From an uncultured Christensenellaceae bacterium (GTDB taxonomy: Bacteria; Bacillota; Clostridia; Christensenellales; UBA3700): 64,000 nt of DNA. A program made the translations under genes and the position numbers. Positions 46,201-56,605 of the stretch are shown here, piece by piece; position 1 is the stretch's first letter; the number at the start of each line of letters is the position of its first letter. The notes under the pieces are model-generated. The model did not search any database and was not told the origin of the DNA. It saw only the letters and a program-made list of their open reading frames with translations. Location of the stretch: assembly GCA_944380355.1 (NCBI GenBank), contig CALWHJ010000002.1, positions 128,368 through 192,367 of the forward strand, written 5' to 3'.

Positions 46201-49200
46201 TCGAGAGACAGTGACGGCAATAAGATTTACTACACTTCCGAGGAGTATGCTCGTAAAGAATACAACTACGGAAGCGGTATGACTCTATCCTTTATCGCGG
46301 GCGATGACGAAAATCCTATTATAGTAGGAGATATCGGTGACGCCAAATTCGATATGGAACAGAAGATAAGCGAATTCGAGGCATATCAATCCGACCTCGT
46401 ACAAGCAATTATCAATACGGTAGGTAAGGCTACGATAAAAGCAAAGATTGATTTGCAGACTCTCAACAACGAGATGAACCTTACTAAGCTTATCAATAAT
46501 ATTCTCGCGAGCGCGGGACGCAGACTCGAGTTGCCTATCACTCTCGACCTTGACGACTGGAACTCTTTCGTAGAACTCGTAGTACAATGGGATCTCGACC
46601 TCAAGAATACGGCAAACAGCACCGTAGTGCTTACGTTATCTTATGAGGGCAAACAGATATTCGGCGTATACATTTACCGTAACAGCCTTATGATTGACCT
46701 CGAAGGTCTCGGATTCTTCCAGGTTGAAATCGTAAATTCCAACATTATTACAAAATTGTTCGGAGCACTTGACGGAATAGTAAGCGACATCGAAGGTCTT
46801 GACCTCAACGAGATAATCAACGATTTGCTCGCAGACAGCGGTTTGCCTACCATTCCCGGTGCAGGCGATGAAGAAAATACCGACGTAGAAATCGCTACCG
46901 ACGAAGAATCCGCAGATGCGGCTCTCGACGATACTACTATGGATATTATAGAATATGTATTGCGCGCCGTAGGATTCGAAGATACCAAGATTACCATCAA
47001 CGTTACCGCTGCGCTCTTTGCAGAGATAATAAATACTCTTGCAGGTATGAATCTCGGTATGGATATAAGCCTTGCAGCCGACCTCGACTTGTTCGGCGGC
47101 AACGCGTTTAACTTTGACATAGGAGTAGAGGATATCTCCGCTCAAGTCAATATGCAGCTTGCCATCGGTGAAGCTCCCGTAGTAAATATCGACTACGATG
47201 CTATTCCCGACTGGGACGCTAGCAACGGCGAGACGTTTACGAGAGCTTTGCTCGACAACCTCAATATAGGTTTCACTCTCGATATAGCTAACTTTACGGG
47301 CGATACCGAAGTAACCAAGGGAAGCAATCAGGCAATGTACACGAGAGTTATCATAGAAAAACTCCAGACGAGTAAGACTCTTACTAACCTTGCCAATACG
47401 GTAACCGTTCCTAAGGGATGCTTCCTTATTACTCTTGCACAGATAGACAGCACGAGATACGAAAACTCCAACCAAGGCACGTTTACTCCTTTGATTTACG
47501 TCATACTTGACTATACCAAACCTTCTCAACAGATGACTCTCTATATCTGTTCGAACGTAATCAATCTCGTAGTCGATATCGGTAATACCATCGGAGCTTT
47601 GTCTTTCGATCTCGACCTTGTCGGAATGCTTTCGGGTACGTTTGACAAGCTGTTTGCTCAGATAGACGGCGCACTCGACGGTATCGGCGGCAGCGGCGAC
47701 GGCAGCGGCGAAGTACCTCCTTCCGGCGAAGGCACGGTAGAAGAAGGAACGGGCAGCACTCAGAGCGGCGACGAAACAACCGCTACCGAGCCCAGTCCTT
47801 TCGACGCAATCTTTGCTAATCTCGACGTAGTCGCACTTCTCGGCGGCGGTATCGAAGCAAGCTTGCTTTCCAACGGCAACTTCGGTGTAAACGTTAAGTT
47901 TGACCCTTATCTCATCAACAAACTTCTCGATGATATACTGTCTTTGGTATTCGGTCCCAACACCATCCTCAACCTTGCGGAATTGGCTCCCGACATGTTT
48001 ACCGACAACTATCTCTCCAAGGTAACGTGGACGAGAGAAGAAACCGGTGTATTCTGGGATAGTCTCAGTGCACAGGTAGTTCCTATACTTAAAGACCTTA
48101 TATCCTCTTTGGGATACGGCTGGGTTGCACCTCTTATCACTAACGCATTGATAGGCGGCGTACTCGGACAGGTTAGAAACATTACCGCAGGTATCTTGCC
48201 TTTCGCGGTATTCAACGAACTCACTGTCAACGTGGAAGTGGCGGACGCTACGATAGCCAACATCAGTATCGACGGATTCGACTGGGGACAGGATATCTAC
48301 GATACCAACGGAGAGGTTGCATATTCGGCTTCCAAGAGCGGCAGAAAGGGTAACGTAAACAACAACAGCGTTATCAACAGAGACGGTTACTTCACGTCGA
48401 TTAAGCTGTACAACACTTCCGACAGCGTAGGTAAACCCGTATACGGCGACGACGGTGGAATTCTCTTCCCTGAGGGTATCGTAACGTGGAACGGAATTCC
48501 TATGCAGATTACCTACGACCCTTATTCGTATGCTAACAACTCCGAAGGCGTAGCGGCAATTATCCGCGAACACTTCAGCGGTAAGCAGGCAAGCTACCAG
48601 AAAGCTCAGGATTTGTACAAGGCAACGGTAGTATTCAAGATTGTCAGCGAAAACGGTACTACGGTTGACAAGACCATAGACCAGCTCAACTTCAATACTC
48701 CCGGCACTTACGTAGTAAGAGGTACGGCGGCATTCGCTAACAACGTAACACGTACGATTGATACCGTAATCACCGTACTTGACGACGGCGGCGGAATAAA
48801 TAGTATCGACCCTGTTTCGATGCACGTATATGACGAGTTGCCTGACTTTGTAACCATCAATCTCAATGACGGTACAAGCAGAAAGATTCACACCAAGTAC
48901 GTAACCTTCAGCGAAAACGCTCCTCAGGCTTATACCGAGCATACGGTAGTAGGTAAGGCTGCATTCGCTAACGGCACGGTAGTCGAAAACGTAGAGTTCA
49001 GATATCTTGACAGTACCGTAACTCAAATCAATATCGACGGTGTCACCGGTAACGTAATTACTATTGATTTGTATCAATATAATATTAAATCTACTAAGAT
49101 AACCGATTATATATCCGATACCATATTCTTCAAGTACGCAGACGGCTTGTCCACCGGTCTTGAAGTATCCAGAGACTGGGTAGCAGTTGGTGCTGACGAG

Positions 49201-51147
49201 TTCTTCAACAGAGCACTCGACAAAGACGGAGTATATTCCACCAACGTAAGCGGTACGCAGTTTATGGCATACGCATATATCGGAAGCGGTGCGACCGAGC
49301 AGAGAGTAGAACTCATCTTTACGGTCAAAACCAAGAACGTTGCAAAACTCACAATCAACGGTTTGGAGAACACTCTGAGAGTTGACCCTTACAGATACTA
49401 TATGTACCTGATTACGGGTGACGAGCAGTACAATCCTTTCACCACCGTTGCTACGGCAGAGTACTATGACAAGTATATGTCGGCAGACGGCACTCAGGAA
49501 ATCATCGACTCTTACAGCGAAGACGTACGGATTACTTGGGGCGATTACAGCGGAATAGACTTCAGCTGGGACAACAACAATACTACCAGCCAGAACATCC
49601 AAGTATCGCTTGACAATGCAGATTATCCTAACTCTTCGTTCACTTGGGACTTCAATACCCAGGTAGTAGTAATGAGAAACGAAATCGAAGCAATTTACTT
49701 TGATGACGAGCTCACTCAGTCGATGTATTATATCGATCCTTTCGAGTACTTTATCAACGAAGAACTGGGCAAGGCAAATTATCCTGACCACGCATACGTA
49801 CAATTCACCAACGGCAAGGTATACTATATGCCTATCGAGTGGATTGGCACGGAAAACTTCGAAGTTAAGTACGCTAACCAGTTTGCACAGCTCAAGGTTC
49901 GTATCGGTATGGATTATGAAGGCAAGCTTGCCGGCGTAATAGGCAACTTTGAACAGACGATTACCGTAAACGTCAGAGTAGAAGACCTCAATCCCGTAGG
50001 TATCAATCTTGCAGGCAGCGCATACGCAGGCGGAACGTATTATATCGACCCTGTACGCGTCAACTACTACGGCGAGAGCGCATTCCCCGAGACCGTAACC
50101 GTTGTTTACGATACGGGCAAGACTACCGAACTTCCCGTAGCTGAATGGATATGGGATTATCAGGACGCAGGCTACGTTCCTATGGCAGGACAGAAGGGAA
50201 TGACCGCAACCGCGGTAATAACCGACACGTACCGTTACGACGTCAACGTAGAGATACTTGACCGTTCGGCTCTCGTAACCGACCTCAAGAGCGTAGACAT
50301 TGACTCCTACACGTTTACTTACGACGAAAACGGCAACAGAGTATACAGCGCATTTACCGACACGTTGCTGCTCTATCAGAAGGTAGGTACGATTAATCTC
50401 GATACCGTAACCGTAAACGGAAACGTCAATATGGGCACCATTGCGGCAACTTCCGACTACAGCTACTACTTCAGCTACATCATCAACTACTCGCAGACTG
50501 TAGACGGAGAGGTCAAAGACTTCGTATTCACTACCAAGGAGTGGAAGGAAGTAGCAGACTTCGTAGCAAACAACAAGACGCTCATCACCTCCACTGAGGT
50601 AAGAATCAACTACACCACTCCCGTAACCTGGGATTTGAGCGAAATCAACTATGCCGTAAGCGACGTATATAACGTAAAAGCTATAGCGGGTACGGGCGCA
50701 AGTCAGAAGGTATTCAGAATAAATGCAAACGTCAAGGCTAAGACGGCTGCAGATATCAGCTCTGTCGGCGGTAGCAACACCTATCAGGTAGTAACCTGGG
50801 GCGGCACCAGCCTTACCGAGAACGAGAAGCAGACAAAGAAGATTGTCAAGAATCTCAATGTATACTTCACCGACGGCACAAGCGGCAACTACGAATGTAC
50901 TATTGACATCTCGAATCTTGCTTACACTGCGGACGATGCATACACTTTGTTGATAGTTTCCGACGAAAACAGCATAGTTTACAAAGACAATGCAGGCAAC
51001 GTACTTTCTTCTGAAGAAGAAATCCTCAACGCGGCAATGAGCGTAAAGGTTACCGTATTCAGCGGCGATATAGCAATCGAAACCACGCTTAAGATGCACG
51101 TAGTTAAACAGCAAATCAACACCTCCGACAGCGGAGTGCAAGGTTGA
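43246..51147 (+). CDS. Giant (2,633 aa) surface lipoprotein of unknown function
   Basis: The RBS is ggagagg. The signal plus lipobox is LSSLFAAC. A Pro/Gly/Asp-rich linker (GPPVGPVGPDGPPDDGDEDEEGE) follows. The N-terminal ~1,700 aa matched no domain I recognise. The C-terminal ~900 aa look like beta-sandwich/Ig-like modules. Confidence 0.8.
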   Translation: MRKSKLIVLTILVMIFVLALSSLFAACDLFGNGEENPSGDVSGDENQGPPVGPVGPDGPPDDGDEDEEGEVPAYMSPNDALNKIANGADSPEEDTMSVDFEVKIDKPDTNEIITLLFQVNLFDTVKNELVLGVYLQGKDQPDESRAMKFALYVVDGKAYLDLGKDELGNDRALLYLSDFDMNYLIAMMKESPELFSELITMLNDLMAEKVGLTIDDVLNLVIGLLFEDPVATYNSETKVLENIRMKIKLRDLLQNASGILGAFDLGDLPLDLNIIFNYLLEVVPQADFYIDADFDVDGKLTDLDLDSVAHSDGATNKVQLSLDLGNTPCDMNIPAIDEMEISEFSLTNINFTIDFTLGTRINPDGSKTQLDVGKIINGFMGQNILPLDVLLLEGSTGLRLKFALDLDLNYDRKPVDNNKIAIELYLIDQFGNYQELEGDQPVPQMGIYYTEGSFYLNLDRLLPDYMKGVNLKVNAGLSDLINALVDLVTEAIDGVFGTSYDDIKNGNLNVEVEDNGQLSTTSGADVLKLLSSAKASGTSVVALSEGEDGKIYVSAGVQRFVQVIGELLMLPENIVADNDSIDIILNNDFLSSLNNLLKSETNPQPINFAFPDYIGDIVLSINFSDIGLDSVKVNAAVLDGESDPAFDVELKIWDFLIGTAKENLSVYIADRVNLDNTSYFDSLFTVDNERKGLIDKILGGITMSSRFTLNFNKGTYDLAPFIAGFGVTQLAQTEMLWTFNENFTLDAQLNIQISLDSIDAYNSQIVVELKTLEGIKVGGTTIIPADKVILGIYGYHNQIFIDLSNFKIASITLPKLSFSLNFTDLVYNLLGSTLGDLLEGAGMDSNLPFDFDLVELLGLNKTPGESADASAAATAYLTDQTSGTTGDGTVPEIPEEELQAIIFGLNCDKIYATVSLAAILSILSQTQTELGQTIAEALSLMELSLSFQMGRKNGFEFHFAGELIPMQDAEGNAVYYYDAEGNRLPSRDSDGNKIYYTSEEYARKEYNYGSGMTLSFIAGDDENPIIVGDIGDAKFDMEQKISEFEAYQSDLVQAIINTVGKATIKAKIDLQTLNNEMNLTKLINNILASAGRRLELPITLDLDDWNSFVELVVQWDLDLKNTANSTVVLTLSYEGKQIFGVYIYRNSLMIDLEGLGFFQVEIVNSNIITKLFGALDGIVSDIEGLDLNEIINDLLADSGLPTIPGAGDEENTDVEIATDEESADAALDDTTMDIIEYVLRAVGFEDTKITINVTAALFAEIINTLAGMNLGMDISLAADLDLFGGNAFNFDIGVEDISAQVNMQLAIGEAPVVNIDYDAIPDWDASNGETFTRALLDNLNIGFTLDIANFTGDTEVTKGSNQAMYTRVIIEKLQTSKTLTNLANTVTVPKGCFLITLAQIDSTRYENSNQGTFTPLIYVILDYTKPSQQMTLYICSNVINLVVDIGNTIGALSFDLDLVGMLSGTFDKLFAQIDGALDGIGGSGDGSGEVPPSGEGTVEEGTGSTQSGDETTATEPSPFDAIFANLDVVALLGGGIEASLLSNGNFGVNVKFDPYLINKLLDDILSLVFGPNTILNLAELAPDMFTDNYLSKVTWTREETGVFWDSLSAQVVPILKDLISSLGYGWVAPLITNALIGGVLGQVRNITAGILPFAVFNELTVNVEVADATIANISIDGFDWGQDIYDTNGEVAYSASKSGRKGNVNNNSVINRDGYFTSIKLYNTSDSVGKPVYGDDGGILFPEGIVTWNGIPMQITYDPYSYANNSEGVAAIIREHFSGKQASYQKAQDLYKATVVFKIVSENGTTVDKTIDQLNFNTPGTYVVRGTAAFANNVTRTIDTVITVLDDGGGINSIDPVSMHVYDELPDFVTINLNDGTSRKIHTKYVTFSENAPQAYTEHTVVGKAAFANGTVVENVEFRYLDSTVTQINIDGVTGNVITIDLYQYNIKSTKITDYISDTIFFKYADGLSTGLEVSRDWVAVGADEFFNRALDKDGVYSTNVSGTQFMAYAYIGSGATEQRVELIFTVKTKNVAKLTINGLENTLRVDPYRYYMYLITGDEQYNPFTTVATAEYYDKYMSADGTQEIIDSYSEDVRITWGDYSGIDFSWDNNNTTSQNIQVSLDNADYPNSSFTWDFNTQVVVMRNEIEAIYFDDELTQSMYYIDPFEYFINEELGKANYPDHAYVQFTNGKVYYMPIEWIGTENFEVKYANQFAQLKVRIGMDYEGKLAGVIGNFEQTITVNVRVEDLNPVGINLAGSAYAGGTYYIDPVRVNYYGESAFPETVTVVYDTGKTTELPVAEWIWDYQDAGYVPMAGQKGMTATAVITDTYRYDVNVEILDRSALVTDLKSVDIDSYTFTYDENGNRVYSAFTDTLLLYQKVGTINLDTVTVNGNVNMGTIAATSDYSYYFSYIINYSQTVDGEVKDFVFTTKEWKEVADFVANNKTLITSTEVRINYTTPVTWDLSEINYAVSDVYNVKAIAGTGASQKVFRINANVKAKTAADISSVGGSNTYQVVTWGGTSLTENEKQTKKIVKNLNVYFTDGTSGNYECTIDISNLAYTADDAYTLLIVSDENSIVYKDNAGNVLSSEEEILNAAMSVKVTVFSGDIAIETTLKMHVVKQQINTSDSGVQG

Positions 51148-51165
51148 CAGGGGGATTAGCGAATT

Positions 51166-54100
51166 ATGAATAATAAGACATTTACTAAAATCTCAATCAG
51201 CGTTATCGCGGTACTGCTTATTGCAGTACTCGCGGTAGCAATGTCCTCGGCACTGGGTGCAGAGCAGATGAGCGTTGTTTCCGCGGCAACGGAAGAGACG
51301 CTTATGTATGCAAGCTACAACGGTACCAACGGACAGATAACGGACGATGCGGCTGAAGACGGACACTATACCAAGAGTCAGTTGGCAGCGCAGTTGGGAC
51401 TTTCGGACGTCAACAGTCTTTTGACCATTACTAACGGTCAGATGCTTTACGATTATCTGAACAACTCGGGTTCTTACAGTTCTTATCAATACGCATATCT
51501 TGCCAACGACGTAGCCATTGCATTCTCGGGCATAAACAAGTCCGGATACAGTACCGTGAGCGTACACAGCTCTAATTCGGTATTTACCAAATATCTCGAC
51601 GGTAACGGTTACAAGGTTTCCATCGAGGCGGGTTCGGGCAACGGCTCGTTTGCAAACCTCGGCGACAATACTGGCGACAACGGCGGTACTCACTGGTTTA
51701 CAGGTTATCTTTGTGCAGTCAACCAAGGTACTATCAAAAACTTGACGATTGACTTCTCATCCAACCATATCATCACGCAGTCGGCTTCCAATCCTAACGC
51801 GCTTTACGTTCCTCAGGATTCGGGCGTAGTAGCTTCGGCAGGTATCGTAACGGGTCTTAACAAAGGCACCATCGACAATATACGTCTCAACGTCAACGGC
51901 ATATTCAACTTTTATATGAAGCCGGGCGGCGACAGAAAGCTTTATCAGAATACGGGATACGTAGGCGGTATAGCAGGCGCTATGACAGCAGGTGTATTGT
52001 CTAATTCTCAAGTCAATATTTCTACCGACGGCGGTATAGAAGTCTTTGTCGAAGGTGAAGCTGCATTTTGGCCTACCGACCACTGGAATTCAGGTACTGC
52101 AGCGGGCGGTATGATAGGTAAGTTGCAGAGCGGAAGTGCGAAAGTAGAATACTGCGCTTTGACTGGCGGCGGACGTATTTACGCTTGCTCCAACACTTCG
52201 CACGGAGACGTTGACAAAATGTCTTTTGCAGGCGGTGCAATCGCAACCAGCAGCAATATTAACGGCGACGTTACTTTCGATTCTGCGGAGGTAAACGAAG
52301 GACAGATAAAGGGTATCATCTCGTCCTGGACGGGTACCAGAGAAGACAACTGGGGCAAAACATACAAATCAGTAAAAGGTTTGCTGTTTGACTTTGTAGG
52401 TAAGAACGTACAGTCCTGCGCGGTACTTTACAACCTCAATCTTCTTACCAAGTCCAACGGCGGTACAGAGTACACCACTCTTGACAGCGCACAGAAAATC
52501 GACAATTGGACGGAGATTTATCCTTCTTCCACGGGCGGCTCGATGAGCGTTAGATACGATGACTCTACCGTACTTTACGATATAAGAATCGAAGCTGTAG
52601 CAGACGGACACGATGACGAGAAAGAAGCTATCAGCGACTTCGATATGTCCACCACAGGCACTGCTTATCATAAGTATTTTATGCCTGAAGGCTCGACGGG
52701 TAAGATTATCTGGTCGGGTGTATTCGACAAAAACGGCTCTTTGACCAACCATATCAATATGGACGTCGATAAGCCTATATATGCAGAAATCTATATGCTC
52801 AAATCTACCGACTACGGTAAGTTCAACTATACCTTCGGTACTATGGGCAATATCACTTATACCGACAACGGCAACTACGTCAACGGTAAAAACACCAAGG
52901 GTTACGAAGGAGTCGGCGGCGCTCTCTCCCTCCCTACGGCAAACTTCGTAGGCGGCGACAAGCAACCTACCGAGGATTACACCTGGGAAGTATACAGAGA
53001 CGGTTATGCTACCGATATAGCTCAATCCTATATGCCCGGAACGTATTCGATGCGTACGGCTGTAAAGCTGGGTACTAACACCTACGGCTACTACAGCGAA
53101 ACGGACAGAATGATAGCTTGGCAGGCAAAGACCGACTACACCTTTACCATTACGCAGGGCGTATTCTCATACGACGAAGCAAATACTACGTCGTCCACAG
53201 GTTGGGAGAAAGAATTTAAATTCACTCTTAAGATGGACAGAGCCAACGACTTCGATATGATGAGATATCAGCAAAACGGCGTATTCGCATCCGAGCAAAT
53301 CGAAGTTCCCGATACCGACAACTCTGCGACATTTATGACAAGACAGGGTACCGGTAAAAACGGTATGCAGTACACCTTCTACGCGTACAAGTTCGACGAA
53401 ATTCTGCAAGATTACGTAGTAGTTGCGGTCAGCTCGTCCAAGACGGTTAAAATCGACAACGAGGCTCCCGAAATCTATGACGTAAGATACTTTACGGAAA
53501 ATGCCGAAGGTGTACGTACCGAAGTAACCGAAGCTATACTCAACAGTTGGCAGAAAGAAAAGGTTATCGTTACGTTTACCGTAACCGAAAACGGAAAGAG
53601 CGGTTTGCAGACAGTTGCTTCCGACAGCAATACGTATATCTCCAACGAAATCGTTGACGAGAGAAATATGTACAACGTTACTTTGACTTTGACGGATGAC
53701 AAAGCGCACTCTCTTACCTATACCGACGTGGTCGGCAACTCAACCACTTTTGAAATAAAGGCTCTCGTTGACCTCAATGCGGGAAGTCTCGACGTAAGCG
53801 TAAGCGGATATTCACCCTATTACGGTACTTACGATCCGGACGGTTTCAATTTGATGAACAGTGCGCAAATAGGTAATTCCGGTTGGACTTTGTACGTCAG
53901 CGACAGCGTTGACGGAGACGGCAACCCCGTATGGAAGGAGATGGGCGCGGTAGTAAACGGCGACTTCATCAACACGGTTGACTGGAACATAGGCGATTAC
54001 GATACCTATTCTCCCGCTGACTTGAGAGTAAAGATGGTCAACAACGAGGGACTTTACGAAGACGTATATGCCAACGGTACGGCAGACGGACTTGTCGGTC

Positions 54101-56568
54101 AATTCTGCGTTTATATGAAGATGGCTGACTTCTATGTCGACATCTCGCTCGAGGCAATTACCGACAAGGATGGAAATTCGCTCAAGGATATACTCGCAGG
54201 CGATCCCGATTACTTTAATAAGGTATACGACAGCACTCAGGCTTACAAGGGTCCCGAACTCGAAATCAGACTGGACAGAACAGGTTACGTAATGGTCAAC
54301 ACCGACGCTTACAACGCAACCACTGTTATTCCCGAATTCTCGACCATCAAGCTCGTGCTCGAATACGAAAGAGCTTCTATAGGCTCTACCAATATCAGAA
54401 TGTGGGCTGTACTCGAGGGCGATGACGACTATAAGTTTGACGTATGGTTTGCAGACCTCAGCGGCGACTATCAGAAGAATGCGGAGGCAATCAACAAAGT
54501 AGCAGCCAACATCACCAAACTCAGCGTAACCGTAAATCTTGAAGATTACCTCAACGCTCAGTACTTCTACGGTGACGATATCCCTGCTTACGTCGATGCT
54601 AACATTACGGCTGACGAAGTAGCGAGAATCGACCTTACCACTAATGCTAAGAAGGGCGCGAGCGTAGGTACTTATGCGGTTGAAGGTAAGCTTCATACGG
54701 CAAATGACAGCATTGACGTAACAATCAACAGTTCTTCCATTCAAATCGTACCTTTGCCCGTATTCGTTGACCTCAGATACGACGGCTCGACAAACATACC
54801 TACAAAGATACAGTTTGACGGACTTACTCACGAAATTACCGCTACTTATAAAGACGCGATAACAGGCGAAACAAAGAAAGCGACTGTAGATTACACCTTC
54901 GTTGAAGACGATAAAGTTATGTCAGGATTTACCAAAATCGGTAAGTTCAATTACAAGATATCCACAGGCGACGGTAATTATGTGGTTGACGGAATGGACA
55001 CCTTTGAAATGACAGTAACCAAGGGCTTCGTAAATATCGAGATGAAGGTTGTCAACGTAGACTATACAGGAAACAACAATACTTACGACCTCGGACTCAC
55101 CGAAGAACAGAAAAAGTACTTCGCAGAGGGTGATATCACCATCAACTACTACAAGTACAACGATGGCGCGTACTACGACAGCGTAGAGAAAGTAATGGTT
55201 GGCTCCTATGACCTCAATCCTACTACGAATACTTCTCAGAGAGGTTATTACAAGGTAGAAGTAGTAGTCAGAGAAAACGATTACTTCTTGGGTCAGACTT
55301 ACGGTAAGGACGCGGGCGAACTCGGACTTATCATCGTCAATATCGCAAAGACAGAAATCACCGGCGAATCCGTTGTTTACAATTATGACGAACAAAAGCA
55401 CACCTACGACGTTGTCAAGGGTAAGATAGAGGTCAAGGCTACGGCGGATAAGAGCGTATTGTGGGACAGCTCTATGTCTACCGAGGGCGCAATCGTAGTC
55501 AAGTATTTCGATACTGCAACAAGCTCTTACGTCGAAGTGGATAAGAGCGAGGACAAACTCGGCGGCTGGTTTATGGACGTAGACTCGTATTCGTTCAGAG
55601 TTGAGTATTTAGGAACCGAAAACTACGCAAGCTGTTACATCGATGTGACTATGGTCATCGACAAGGCAGTATTCCAGAACGTTACCTTTGCAGGCGTATC
55701 CGGCGTATACAACGCACAGGCCTACAAGATAACCGAAGATATCCCCGACGAATACAAGACAAGCTCGACTATCAGCTATTACTACAACGGCAGAGCTTAC
55801 AATTCGCTCGACGATATCTACGCTTTGGGTGCTTGCGTCAACGTAGGCAATTACAAAATAACGCTCAGAATGTCCAAGGATAACTACGTACCTCTCAATA
55901 TCGAGGCTACGGTAAGCATTGCAAACGCTAAGCTCAACATTTCCGCAAACGCGCTTGTGGCTACTTATAACGGTACGGCTCATTACCTGACCTTCAACGG
56001 TCTTGAGTTCAGAGACGGAAACTATTACTATATGGACCACGGCAAGGAAGTAAACGCGCTCATCAGCGGTACCGTATCCGCAACCGACGCGGGAGTATAC
56101 GGCGGAAATATCACGGTATTTGTCAACAACTACGAAGCATTCGATTTGCAGACTTATATCGAAATCTATCCTATGGCACTCACCGCAGACAGCGCAAGCA
56201 TAACCTTGCCCAACAAGCTTCCTTCGGGAGTATCGGTAAGCAATTACTACGGTACTTATACGATTGACGGCGTAGAGAAGACGGGAGACCTCTTGTACTA
56301 CACCAAGAGTGCAGAAACCGGCAATCTCACTCTTGTTAAGCCTGATAAGGACGGAGTATTGCCCGACGGCGTATATACCGTATATATCGAGGTGGACAAC
56401 AACCATTATCTCCAGAATACCTGGGAACTCAAGGTGGGACAAATCAACGACCGCAATATCGATCTTGTAGGCTGGATTGTTATCGGAGTAGTAGGCGCGC
56501 TTATGATAGCGGCAATCATCACATCAATCGTTACCGTAAAGAGAAGAAAACAAAGAGGTACGGTCTGA
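51166..56568 (+). CDS. Giant (1,800 aa) surface protein with an N-terminal signal, a GLUG-like beta-helix head, a repetitive Ig/MBG-like stalk and a C-terminal TM anchor
   Basis: The RBS is aggggga. The signal is ISISVIAVLLIAVLAVAMSSALGA. GLUG-like motifs are YVGGIAGAM, AGGMIGKL and FAGGAIA. The C-terminus is LVGWIVIGVVGALMIAAIITSIVTVKRRKQRGTV, with no LPXTG. Confidence 0.8.
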   Translation: MNNKTFTKISISVIAVLLIAVLAVAMSSALGAEQMSVVSAATEETLMYASYNGTNGQITDDAAEDGHYTKSQLAAQLGLSDVNSLLTITNGQMLYDYLNNSGSYSSYQYAYLANDVAIAFSGINKSGYSTVSVHSSNSVFTKYLDGNGYKVSIEAGSGNGSFANLGDNTGDNGGTHWFTGYLCAVNQGTIKNLTIDFSSNHIITQSASNPNALYVPQDSGVVASAGIVTGLNKGTIDNIRLNVNGIFNFYMKPGGDRKLYQNTGYVGGIAGAMTAGVLSNSQVNISTDGGIEVFVEGEAAFWPTDHWNSGTAAGGMIGKLQSGSAKVEYCALTGGGRIYACSNTSHGDVDKMSFAGGAIATSSNINGDVTFDSAEVNEGQIKGIISSWTGTREDNWGKTYKSVKGLLFDFVGKNVQSCAVLYNLNLLTKSNGGTEYTTLDSAQKIDNWTEIYPSSTGGSMSVRYDDSTVLYDIRIEAVADGHDDEKEAISDFDMSTTGTAYHKYFMPEGSTGKIIWSGVFDKNGSLTNHINMDVDKPIYAEIYMLKSTDYGKFNYTFGTMGNITYTDNGNYVNGKNTKGYEGVGGALSLPTANFVGGDKQPTEDYTWEVYRDGYATDIAQSYMPGTYSMRTAVKLGTNTYGYYSETDRMIAWQAKTDYTFTITQGVFSYDEANTTSSTGWEKEFKFTLKMDRANDFDMMRYQQNGVFASEQIEVPDTDNSATFMTRQGTGKNGMQYTFYAYKFDEILQDYVVVAVSSSKTVKIDNEAPEIYDVRYFTENAEGVRTEVTEAILNSWQKEKVIVTFTVTENGKSGLQTVASDSNTYISNEIVDERNMYNVTLTLTDDKAHSLTYTDVVGNSTTFEIKALVDLNAGSLDVSVSGYSPYYGTYDPDGFNLMNSAQIGNSGWTLYVSDSVDGDGNPVWKEMGAVVNGDFINTVDWNIGDYDTYSPADLRVKMVNNEGLYEDVYANGTADGLVGQFCVYMKMADFYVDISLEAITDKDGNSLKDILAGDPDYFNKVYDSTQAYKGPELEIRLDRTGYVMVNTDAYNATTVIPEFSTIKLVLEYERASIGSTNIRMWAVLEGDDDYKFDVWFADLSGDYQKNAEAINKVAANITKLSVTVNLEDYLNAQYFYGDDIPAYVDANITADEVARIDLTTNAKKGASVGTYAVEGKLHTANDSIDVTINSSSIQIVPLPVFVDLRYDGSTNIPTKIQFDGLTHEITATYKDAITGETKKATVDYTFVEDDKVMSGFTKIGKFNYKISTGDGNYVVDGMDTFEMTVTKGFVNIEMKVVNVDYTGNNNTYDLGLTEEQKKYFAEGDITINYYKYNDGAYYDSVEKVMVGSYDLNPTTNTSQRGYYKVEVVVRENDYFLGQTYGKDAGELGLIIVNIAKTEITGESVVYNYDEQKHTYDVVKGKIEVKATADKSVLWDSSMSTEGAIVVKYFDTATSSYVEVDKSEDKLGGWFMDVDSYSFRVEYLGTENYASCYIDVTMVIDKAVFQNVTFAGVSGVYNAQAYKITEDIPDEYKTSSTISYYYNGRAYNSLDDIYALGACVNVGNYKITLRMSKDNYVPLNIEATVSIANAKLNISANALVATYNGTAHYLTFNGLEFRDGNYYYMDHGKEVNALISGTVSATDAGVYGGNITVFVNNYEAFDLQTYIEIYPMALTADSASITLPNKLPSGVSVSNYYGTYTIDGVEKTGDLLYYTKSAETGNLTLVKPDKDGVLPDGVYTVYIEVDNNHYLQNTWELKVGQINDRNIDLVGWIVIGVVGALMIAAIITSIVTVKRRKQRGTV

Positions 56569-56580
56569 TAACTAAACTCA

Positions 56581-56605
56581 CGGCGGACGGCTAGTCCGTC
56601 CGCCG
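56581..56605 (+). other. Perfect 10-bp GC-rich stem-loop between the second and third giant genes, with no U-tract
   Basis: cggcggacgg (56581-56590) pairs with ccgtccgccg (56596-56605), loop ctagt. A second small hairpin, cgtcgc-att-gcgacg, follows. Confidence 0.6.

Noticed and set aside
46636-51141. A 1,501-aa ORF on the minus strand opposite the 2,633-aa gene. There are many similar ones, for example 22404-24062, 24682-26025, 58976-60931, 60944-61783, 53812-54831 and 17056-17631.
   Set aside because: These ORFs are codon-aligned antisense shadows of clearly real genes. Their translations are Y/V/C/R-rich with no motifs, no RBS and no independent terminators. Avoidance of TTA/CTA/TCA on the sense strand explains them.
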